Origin: Candidatus Hermodarchaeota archaeon
GTDB taxonomy: Archaea; Asgardarchaeota; Heimdallarchaeia; Hodarchaeales; Hodarchaeaceae
Reading direction: 5' to 3'
Assembly (NCBI GenBank): GCA_048886185.1
Contig: JBHLKY010000013.1
Span: 30,001 to 62,000, forward strand
DNA: 32,000 nt
Shown: piece after piece, positions 16,069 to 23,712 of the stretch
How the letters are laid out: each line of letters opens with the position of its first letter
How positions within the stretch are numbered: the first letter of the stretch is position 1
Translations under genes and position numbers: made by a program
Notes under the pieces: model-generated
Database searches by the model: none
The model's input: only the letters and a program-made list of their open reading frames with translations
Told to the model about the DNA's origin: nothing

Positions 16069-16707
16069 ATGGTCAGGATCGTCGCGTACCAAGTACAAGA
16101 TAATGGTTTTTTTGATCCAGTGACCTTTAAAAAAGAAAATTTGAAATCTTCAGAAACATTTATTTTTGTTGATGAAGGACGAAAAGAACTCTGGATCTGG
16201 ATTGGTAGAGAGGCTGATGTTAGAACCAGATTTATTTCAAGTACAGTCGCTGCAGAGATCAGACGGCTTCATGGCCTCACATTTCGGGTTAGATCCGCGG
16301 ATCAAGGATCAGAACCCAGTGATTTTTGGAAATGCCTTGAATTGGTCCCCAAAGATGGAATCGGATTAATTAAAACGAAGGACTCCTCAGATCTCGTGCC
16401 TCCTGAACATCGTATTATTGAAAAATCAATTACTAAAGCTTCAGAGAAAACTAAAGTAAAATCCTCAAAAAAAATAAGCGAAAAAACCGATAAATCCACA
16501 CTTGATAAAATCATTCCCTTAAATAAATATATAGAGACAAAATCATCATTAATAACAACCCCTCCATGTCCCCAATGTAAACAAGGACATCTAGTTCCAT
16601 ATTCACAAGTTGTAAGTTTGACATCAAGGAGAAAGGAGGTGCTGCCATTTGCAAAATGGATTTGCACGAAATGTTGCCATTCTCCTCAGATTCCAAAAGA
16701 ATCATGA
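16069..16707 (+). CDS. Single-domain gelsolin-family protein with Lys/Ser-rich linker and C-terminal Zn ribbon
   Basis: Gelsolin signature SETFIFVD...ELWIWIGREA...RFIS...AAEI...VRSADQGSEPSDFW in aa 1-92. C-terminal CPQC-x25-ICTKC. Confidence 0.85.
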   Translation: MVRIVAYQVQDNGFFDPVTFKKENLKSSETFIFVDEGRKELWIWIGREADVRTRFISSTVAAEIRRLHGLTFRVRSADQGSEPSDFWKCLELVPKDGIGLIKTKDSSDLVPPEHRIIEKSITKASEKTKVKSSKKISEKTDKSTLDKIIPLNKYIETKSSLITTPPCPQCKQGHLVPYSQVVSLTSRRKEVLPFAKWICTKCCHSPQIPKES

Positions 16708-17382
16708 ATTCTTTGGGGGAGTTTTCAACAACTCATCGAGTTGCTTTCGTTTGTCTTCTGGCATATCTTCCATTGCTTTTTGTTGCTGCTCTAATAAATT
16801 TTGCATGAACAAAGAGTATAATAAAGGTAGCATAATTTGTGTTTCAATCCTAGCTTCAAAGTCAGACCGAGCATTATCACGATCTGCAATAAGACGTTCT
16901 TTGGTCATTGAACCCTGGCCTAAACCAGGAACCGATTTATCTTTAATAAAATAATTCTTACCGTTGAAACCAAGCGGAAACGCTTTGCATTCTAAAGGCA
17001 TTGAATGGTAAATGTTACAGAGACGATTCTCATTATCAAACATTGAGCAGCCATTCTCTCCACTTGTCAGAACTAAGGTCATGAAACTTTGTTTCTCTTC
17101 TGAATCTCCTGCTTGAAGTGTTTGAAACCTCAGATTTGGGAAAACCGCATTTATTGTCCCAGATTTTGTCCAATTACGGATATCAGCTAGTGATACAGGA
17201 ACAAATTCTCTCTTCTCACAACAAGTTCCACACTGAGTACAGTTGAACACATACTTTTTCTTAGGCTCCGTTCTAGCTGTTGTATCCTCTTTTCCTCGTT
17301 CTTGGTCATCTTTTTTAATTTCTTCCGCTGAAGATGTATCTGATTCCTTTTTCACATTTTCTCTGTTTTCTTCTTCAGACAT
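16702..17382 (-). CDS. YkgJ-family cysteine-cluster (Zn/Fe-S chelating, CxxCxxCC) protein
   Basis: FNCTQCGTCC and CSMFDNENRLCNIYHSMPLECKAFP, with an acidic low-complexity N-terminus. Confidence 0.88.
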   Translation of the reverse strand: MSEEENRENVKKESDTSSAEEIKKDDQERGKEDTTARTEPKKKYVFNCTQCGTCCEKREFVPVSLADIRNWTKSGTINAVFPNLRFQTLQAGDSEEKQSFMTLVLTSGENGCSMFDNENRLCNIYHSMPLECKAFPLGFNGKNYFIKDKSVPGLGQGSMTKERLIADRDNARSDFEARIETQIMLPLLYSLFMQNLLEQQQKAMEDMPEDKRKQLDELLKTPPKNS

Positions 17383-17549
17383 TATACCATCTTCCTTTGT
17401 AAGAGGGGTATGTCAAGTTTTTTGAAAGATTTTTTGATGAACTTCCTTAATGAAATGAGGCTGCAAATATAATCTTTATAACTATCGAATATGTTAACAA
17501 GAAACAAGAAAGAGCTAGTTTTCTCTCTTCTCTTCAGAGGAAACATTGG

Positions 17550-17762
17550 ATGATTAGTATAAATATTTCAACTAAGAATGGAATATTACTCTTTTCTCAC
17601 TTTTTTGTGCAAAGTTTTTATGATGCTGATGTGGCTCTGCGTGCTGGTTTGATAACTAAAGTTTTGAGTGCAATCAAAAAAACTCATTATGATATGGAAC
17701 TTAGAACAATTAAACAAGGGAATTATTTTCTAAGAAAAAAATTAATCAACAACATTGTGTGA
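17550..17762 (+). pseudogene. Truncated longin-like domain (first 70 aa)
   Basis: MISINISTKNGILLFSHFF...DADVALRAGLITKVLSAIKKT...LRTIKQGNYFL matches the beta1-beta2-alpha1-beta3-beta4 part of a longin domain. It ends at TGA TGA 4 bp before fpg. Confidence 0.5.
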
Positions 17763-17766
17763 TGAA

Positions 17767-18621
17767 ATGCCAGAATTACCCGAAATTCAAGCTATCTGTG
17801 AGTATCTTAATTCGGTTATTTCTGAAGAAGTTGTTACTGAAGTAAAAACTTTTCAACATACTGTGATTCGTACTCCCTCTGCAAGGGAGTTTGAAAAATC
17901 ACTCCTTGACTCGACATTAGACCAAATAGAGAGAATGGGGAAGATTCTAAGGTTTTCTTTTCATAAATCAGAGTTATTTTTGAAGTTGTATGTAGATCAT
18001 GGTTTGACTGGTAGATTAGGCTGGCTTTCAAATTCATGGAAGATTCCAGCAAAAACAGTTTTCACAATAAAGTTTAGTAATGATAGAAAACTGATCTATC
18101 ATGATTCTCGTTTTCATGGGGCTATTTGGTTGTTCTATAGCGATAATGAGAGTTCGATTGAGTATCCAGCTGTAATCGAAAGATTTGGTCCTGATATTTT
18201 TCAGGTTTCCGAAGATGAGTTTAATAAGAGATTACAAAAATTTAATGGTGAGATTAAAGGAATACTAACTAATCAAAAATTTGTTACTGGTATAGGTAAT
18301 GCCTACGCTGACGAGATTCTTTTTAAAGCGAGAATTCACCCTTTTACAAGACGACCTCAGCTCACAGAAAAGGAAAAATCTACCCTTTATTTAGCCTGTA
18401 GGGAAATTTTAACGAAATCTGCAAACAAGATAGCTTATATATTAAATAATACTCAGAAGCTAAATAATAAGCAGTATTGGAGACAACAAATTTTCCAGAT
18501 TCACCTAAAGGGAAAAGAGCCCTGCCCAATCTGCGGAAATTCCATCTCGACAATAAAAGCAAAAAGATTAACAAATTTTTGTAGAAATTGCCAGATTCCA
18601 AAAAATCGGAACTTTATTTAA
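17767..18621 (+). CDS. mutM: Formamidopyrimidine-DNA glycosylase (Fpg/Nei family)
   Basis: N-terminal MPELPE (ATG at 17767), RMGKIL, HGLTG, H2TH motif GIGNAYADEILFKARIHP, and zinc finger CPICG...FCRNCQ. Confidence 0.93.
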   Translation: MPELPEIQAICEYLNSVISEEVVTEVKTFQHTVIRTPSAREFEKSLLDSTLDQIERMGKILRFSFHKSELFLKLYVDHGLTGRLGWLSNSWKIPAKTVFTIKFSNDRKLIYHDSRFHGAIWLFYSDNESSIEYPAVIERFGPDIFQVSEDEFNKRLQKFNGEIKGILTNQKFVTGIGNAYADEILFKARIHPFTRRPQLTEKEKSTLYLACREILTKSANKIAYILNNTQKLNNKQYWRQQIFQIHLKGKEPCPICGNSISTIKAKRLTNFCRNCQIPKNRNFI

Positions 18622-18779
18622 GAAAGACAGCAAGATAGTGGGTATTAAGGGGCTTAAGATACAGGCCAGTAAGTGTAATAATTCACCTGAAACTCCCGAT
18701 ATGTATTTCCTATCTTACTGAGAATGCCTGAATATCCCCTACTGATGATAACGTGAAAAAAGATTAGATGGAATGACAT

Positions 18780-20162
18780 TTGCTCGACTTTTTCTTTGAA
18801 CCACGATCAGTAGCTATTATTGGAGCTTCTTCAGATGAGAAAAAATACGGACGGCTAATCTTCAATCATTTTGTCGTTCCTTTTCTAGGGAGAATATATC
18901 CCATAAATCCAAACATCAATGAAATCATGGGTATTAAATGCTATCCAAGTGTTTTTGATCTTCCTGAAGTTCCTGATCTGGCAGTAGTGGTCTTACCAGC
19001 AAAATTAGCAATTACTGCTGTTGCAGATGCTTCAAAACGTCGAATTCCTGCAATTATTTGTATTACTGCAGGTTTTTCTGAAGTTGGACGGGATGATCTT
19101 CAGCACGAGTTAGTTAAAAATTTAGGTGACACACGCCTAGTTGGGCCTAACTGCCTTGGAATAATCGATACAACTAGTCAAGTTAACACTTTATTTCCAA
19201 ACTTTGAATTACCTCAGAAAGGTCATGTCTCTTTAATATCTCAATCTGGGTCTCTTGCAATAGATCTTCTTCTAGCACTACAACAGAATAAGATCGGATT
19301 AAGAAGATTTGTCTCATATGGGAACGGTGCTGATCTCAATGAAACTGATTTTATACAATATTTTGGACAGGATCCTGAAACAAAAGTCATAGGCGCATAT
19401 TTAGAGAATGTAAAAGCAGGAAGAAAATTCATAAAGGTATCTAAAGCCATAGCTCGGAAAAAAGCCATTGTTGCATTGAAACTTCCTATGACTGAATTTG
19501 TATCAATGGCAGCTAAAAGCCATACTGGTGCTGTTGCTAGTACAACAGGACTCTATAAAGAAATTTTACGACAAGCTGGGATTATTCAATGTGACACTAC
19601 TTCTCAATTTTTCAATTCAATAAAAGCATTATATAATCAGCCTGTTGCGTTTGGAGATAAAATTGCAATAGTCGGTAACACCGGAGGCCCCTTAGCTATG
19701 GCCTTATATCGGATGAATAGATACAATCTCAAGCTTGGATCATTATCAAAAGAAATTGCTGCTGTTGTAACTGGAATTATTGAAAAACATGATGTTCAAA
19801 CTTCTCTTTCTCGAGGAAAGGATGATATACCATTAGCTTTTCTAGATTTAACAGGTAGCGCGACTACTGAAGTTATAGCTGAAATTACAAGAGCTTTTTT
19901 AAAAGAAGAAACTGTTTCTGGGATTATTGTTGTTCCACGATCGGACGCGCCTATTGTTTCAAAGGATGCTCCTGCTAGGATTGCTTTGATTAAGCGGGAG
20001 TATCCCCATAAACCTATTCTTGTTTATAATCTTCCAGATCCTACTATAAATACTGAATTTGAGAAGTATGGAATCACAGTTTTCAACACAGCCGAAGCGG
20101 CTGTCGATGGAATGTTTGCATTAGTAGAAAGGGGAAGAATCCTAAAGCAATACCTTTTTTAG
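18780..20162 (+). CDS. acdA: ADP-forming acetate/acyl-CoA ligase, alpha subunit
   Basis: FFEPRSVAIIGAS, IYPINP, GPNCLG, SQSG, SYGNGADL and AAKSHTGA (phospho-His). No beta/ATP-grasp domain is fused. Confidence 0.9.
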   Translation: MLDFFFEPRSVAIIGASSDEKKYGRLIFNHFVVPFLGRIYPINPNINEIMGIKCYPSVFDLPEVPDLAVVVLPAKLAITAVADASKRRIPAIICITAGFSEVGRDDLQHELVKNLGDTRLVGPNCLGIIDTTSQVNTLFPNFELPQKGHVSLISQSGSLAIDLLLALQQNKIGLRRFVSYGNGADLNETDFIQYFGQDPETKVIGAYLENVKAGRKFIKVSKAIARKKAIVALKLPMTEFVSMAAKSHTGAVASTTGLYKEILRQAGIIQCDTTSQFFNSIKALYNQPVAFGDKIAIVGNTGGPLAMALYRMNRYNLKLGSLSKEIAAVVTGIIEKHDVQTSLSRGKDDIPLAFLDLTGSATTEVIAEITRAFLKEETVSGIIVVPRSDAPIVSKDAPARIALIKREYPHKPILVYNLPDPTINTEFEKYGITVFNTAEAAVDGMFALVERGRILKQYLF

Positions 20163-20173
20163 GAGAATAAAGA

Positions 20174-21226
20174 TTGAATATCCTTGATCCCTCTGATGAC
20201 AAACACAAAAAGATACATGAGCGAGTTCGATCTCTGATTTTACAGTCTAGTGATAAAATAACCAAGAATATCCAAGTTACAACAGGGAGAATAGTCGATA
20301 CACGAATAAAACAAATACGTTCATACAAGGGAGCTGGAGGTAATACATTTGTCATCGAAGCTGCACTTTCTACTTCTTTGGCTGGAGAAGTTGATGGAGG
20401 GATTGTAATTAAGTTTGCTAACGATTTAGAAGCTGAAGTGGATAATGCTACGAAATTAGCAAAGTTACTTACATCTCGGCAAGACGATTGGGATAATTGG
20501 AAAAAGAATCACGAAATTTCAGCTCGTATTCACCGGTTTCCAGATTCTTTATTTGCCCCAGAAGTAATCCATGTCGTTCCTGAAGTTAAAGCAATGATTC
20601 TAGAGTTTTTAAGTGGATTTACTCCGTTGCTTCAGCTCCCTGTTGAATCCGTAGATCAATGGGGGTATGCAGGATATGCATTAGCCCGATTACATGGATC
20701 CGAGCGCCTTAAAATAAACGTAAAGCTTTACAATCCCATGTTCCAAGTATTAAAAACATGTGTTGAAGAGAAATATTTGAATTATTGGATCGAAATTTTA
20801 GAACAGTCGAAAGGGGGAGTAGAATTTATACATGGGGACAGTCATCTAAGCAATATTCTTGTTTCTCCAACTCGAATGGCTTGGATTGATGCAATACTGC
20901 TTCCCAAGCTTGATCGAATGGATGATGTAGGGTATATTCTTAGTCACGCTATACAAGAAAACGTTACATTAAACATTGGACTTGGAATAGACGATTCTAA
21001 ACTAATTAAAACAATAACACGATCTTGGGTACCTATTATTCTTACAACTTACAAACAAACATTTGATATTTCCCAGTTATACTCTCATCTTCCTTTAGAT
21101 TTTTTTATTGGCTCTCATTTAATTATTCGTGCTAGTTTATGGGAAAAAGAAATAGCAGCTATACTTACTCGATTAGGCCGAAAATTTATTTATGAAATGC
21201 CTATATCTAATTTGCTTTTAGAATAA
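20174..21226 (+). CDS. Aminoglycoside phosphotransferase/choline kinase-like small-molecule kinase
   Basis: Gly-rich GAGGNTFVI, IVIKF, Brenner motif IHGDSHLSNILV, WID and DDVGY. Lies 11 bp downstream of acdA. Confidence 0.82.
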   Translation: MNILDPSDDKHKKIHERVRSLILQSSDKITKNIQVTTGRIVDTRIKQIRSYKGAGGNTFVIEAALSTSLAGEVDGGIVIKFANDLEAEVDNATKLAKLLTSRQDDWDNWKKNHEISARIHRFPDSLFAPEVIHVVPEVKAMILEFLSGFTPLLQLPVESVDQWGYAGYALARLHGSERLKINVKLYNPMFQVLKTCVEEKYLNYWIEILEQSKGGVEFIHGDSHLSNILVSPTRMAWIDAILLPKLDRMDDVGYILSHAIQENVTLNIGLGIDDSKLIKTITRSWVPIILTTYKQTFDISQLYSHLPLDFFIGSHLIIRASLWEKEIAAILTRLGRKFIYEMPISNLLLE

Positions 21227-21236
21227 AAAGAATGTC

Positions 21237-21252
21237 TTTTTATTATTTTTTT
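21237..21252 (+). terminator. Putative archaeal oligo-T terminator after the acdA-kinase pair
   Basis: TTTTTATTATTTTTTT starting 11 nt after the stop codon. Confidence 0.5.
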
Positions 21253-21480
21253 GATTTGAACCAAATATTAATAAATTCGTTTTTCATAAATTCGCTAATA
21301 AATAGAGGAAAGCTTCTTTCTCTAAATGAAAAGTAAATCATACGTTTCCTGTTATTCTAGATGTTTTTAGATTGGATTATTGTCAGTAGTTCACTTTTAA
21401 GTCCGATTTCTGAAAGTGAGAAAATGTCCAAATTTATAGAAAGACTCTTTTAATATTATTTTAGTTATTTTCAGTAAATT

Positions 21481-21499
21481 ATGTTAGTTAAACTAACAT
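21481..21499. promoter_or_regulatory. Perfect 19-bp palindrome, putative operator upstream of mtnA
   Basis: ATGTTAGTT-A-AACTAACAT, read directly, 25-46 bp upstream of the candidate mtnA starts. Confidence 0.5.
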
Positions 21500-21524
21500 C
21501 TATGTAAGGTTAGATCTGTTTACT

Positions 21525-22640
21525 TTGAGAAAAGGAAGTAGATTATTGAAATTAAGAATAGATGGGAAAATTAAAGACACACCTGCAGTATGGTGGAATA
21601 GTACTGAAAATATTGTACAAATGATTGATCAAACCAAAATTCCGTTTCAAGTAGAGATATATAATTGTCCAACTTATCGTGAGACCGTTAAAGCAATAAA
21701 GGGAATGATCATACGTGGCGCCCCTTCAATTGGAGCTGCAGCTGCCTATGGATTAGCTCAGGCTGTCTTTGAATTTTCAGACAACTCTTTTTTTGAAGAT
21801 TATGTAACAAATGCTTATAATGAGTTATTAGCAGCAAGACCAACAGCGATTGATCTTAAAAATGGACTTGAATTCGTTAAAAAAGCTTATCCGTTGACTC
21901 CTAAAGCTGCTTTAAATCGTGCTCAATCTTTTGCTAACCGTATTGCAGATGAGGGACGGAGAATAGGTCAAGTTGGAAAAGCATTAATTAAACCTGGTAT
22001 GAATATTCTCACTCATTGTCACACGGGTGCTTTAGCCTTAGTTGACAATGGTAGCGCCCTTGCTCCAATCATCCAGGCATGGGATGAAGGAAAACGATTT
22101 CATGTTTATGTGGATGAAACACGGCCAAGATTTCAAGGACGGTTGACAGCATGGGAGCTTAATCAGTATGGGATTGATCATACGGTAATTTGTGATTCTG
22201 CAAGTGGATTCTTTATTTCGCGAGGGAAAGTTGATTTAATCATTCTCGGTGCCGATAGAGTAACTAAAAATGGAGATATTGCAAATAAAATTGGAACCTA
22301 CAGTCTCGCAGTCCTTGCCAACTATCATGATGTACCATTTTACACTGCATTTCCAACATCAACTTATGATCCATCGACTAATGTTGGAGAAGAAATAACA
22401 ATTGAATTACGTGACCCTATTGAATTAAAACAAGCACTTGGTTATTCAGAAACTCTCAATAGAAATCATACTGTTTCATTATATTCCAATGAAATTAAAT
22501 TTACTAATCCAGCTTTTGATATAACACCTAGTAATTTGATTCGAGGGTATATTACTCCTCATGGAATTCTGAATCAATTTCAACTTGAGAGTGCCCTAAT
22601 CAACCAAGCTCACCCTAAAAACAGCACAAGAAGCATTTGA
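21525..22640 (+). CDS. mtnA: S-methyl-5-thioribose-1-phosphate isomerase
   Basis: IDQTKIP, IRGAPSIG, ARPTA, ILTHCHTGALA, VDETRP..QG.LTAWEL, GADRV...GDIANKIGTY and NPAFDITP. Probable start TTG 21546. Confidence 0.92.
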   Translation: MRKGSRLLKLRIDGKIKDTPAVWWNSTENIVQMIDQTKIPFQVEIYNCPTYRETVKAIKGMIIRGAPSIGAAAAYGLAQAVFEFSDNSFFEDYVTNAYNELLAARPTAIDLKNGLEFVKKAYPLTPKAALNRAQSFANRIADEGRRIGQVGKALIKPGMNILTHCHTGALALVDNGSALAPIIQAWDEGKRFHVYVDETRPRFQGRLTAWELNQYGIDHTVICDSASGFFISRGKVDLIILGADRVTKNGDIANKIGTYSLAVLANYHDVPFYTAFPTSTYDPSTNVGEEITIELRDPIELKQALGYSETLNRNHTVSLYSNEIKFTNPAFDITPSNLIRGYITPHGILNQFQLESALINQAHPKNSTRSI

Positions 22641-22666
22641 TGAAATTACCTTAGAGAAAAGGACAT

Positions 22667-22825
22667 TTGAAGGTTGTTATAAATTATACTAGAGAAAGTT
22701 TAGAATTCAGAGATAATTCGGAGAGTTTAACTAGAATATTTTTAAATCGATGGTTAGGCATATTTAATAAGAATTCATCACAACAAAAATTTATGGTGGA
22801 TCTTCCTAAGAAGAGAATCTATTAA
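22667..22825 (+). CDS. Possible 52-aa small ORF
   Basis: TTG AAG GTT...ATC TAT TAA encodes LKVVINYTRESLEFRDNSESLTRIFLNRWLGIFNKNSSQQKFMVDLPKKRIY and fills the gap between mtnA and the next gene. It is below the ORF-track cutoff and could be chance. Confidence 0.25.
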   Translation: MKVVINYTRESLEFRDNSESLTRIFLNRWLGIFNKNSSQQKFMVDLPKKRIY

Positions 22826-22855
22826 AAAGCCAATCTTGAAAACTTCAAGAAGGTA

Positions 22856-23173
22856 GTGAAAAAGATGAAGGAACTTGTGAATCAAATTCGCTCTGTTGCA
22901 GCTTTTTGTGGACTTGACATTGAGTCTATAGCGTCACGTAAAACATATGTCGTTCTTGAACTGAAGTCAAAAGGAAGATTCCGAAAAAAAAATTACCATA
23001 TGGGTGTTTCTAAGAGTCTAAATGGTATTTTGGCAGCAGAAAGAGAATTAAGTCGAGATTATAAAGACAAAATTGTAATCTTAGATCCAGTCAATTATCT
23101 GCCTACACCTACTTTCAAAAATGTTTCTCTTTTCCATGATCTTGATTCCCTTCAAAGCTTTTTCAATGAATGA
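22856..23173 (+). CDS. Small hypothetical alpha/beta protein
   Basis: 105-aa ORF with alternating strand/helix pattern, loosely like a degenerate restriction-endonuclease fold. No catalytic motif seen. Confidence 0.6.
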   Translation: MKKMKELVNQIRSVAAFCGLDIESIASRKTYVVLELKSKGRFRKKNYHMGVSKSLNGILAAERELSRDYKDKIVILDPVNYLPTPTFKNVSLFHDLDSLQSFFNE

Positions 23174-23712
23174 ATTTGGAATTAAGTTTGTCTTCAATCT
23201 GATAAATTTAACAATTTTAATTAAACGAGAGAGTCTGGATGGTAAGGAATAGAGGTAATATACCTCCTAAATTCCAGCAAAAATCGATGAATTATTTGAA
23301 ATCCTTAAAACATCTAAAAACTCTACGGACGCAGATTGGAGGATCAATCCTTATAAATTTTGAATTGAACACTTTGGAAAACAAATAGGGGATTCCAGCT
23401 CTTAATGAATTCATTGCAATCACAGTTTCTAAAGTATAACTGGAAGGAGATGGTATTGTTGGATGGTTTAAGAAGATAACTGTTTAAAGGAGGAACAACA
23501 GCGACAATATCCCATTTGAAACTAGATTTAACAAATCGTGTGTTGGTTCTAGAGGGAATCATTCCTGCAACCGAATATTATACAATTTCTCTCATTTTAT
23601 CCAAAGGATCTATTGACTCCAAATTAACACCTGTAATATAAATTTCAAGACGCAAAAGCTTATTGAAAACAATCCATTTTTGCTTCATTTTAAAAGAAGT
23701 GGAATAATTTCA

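Noticed and set aside
16166-17425. Overlapping short ORFs around the gelsolin and YkgJ genes
   Set aside because: They are shadow frames. The Cys residues in them are incidental and not arranged as motifs.
17760-17765. TGA TGA after the longin-like ORF as a possible selenocysteine readthrough
   Set aside because: The frame hits another TGA after 11 codons, the peptide does not look like a longin C-terminus, and no SECIS was seen.
18742-18758. Hammerhead-ribozyme-like core CUGAUGA-N6-GAAA
   Set aside because: The six intervening bases (UAACGU) cannot close stem II. The bases after GAAA do not pair with those before the only candidate GUA cleavage triplet (18642-18644), so stem III is missing.
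21525-22640. eIF2B subunit or ribose-1,5-bisphosphate isomerase instead of MtnA
   Set aside because: The N-terminal IDQTKIP segment and THC.TG.LA...G.AL pattern fit MtnA better, although substrate specificity is not proven.
22834-22850. Inverted repeat TCTTGAA-AAC-TTCAAGA
   Set aside because: It is a real 7-bp palindrome, but AT-rich and single, and cannot be assigned as operator or terminator from the sequence alone.
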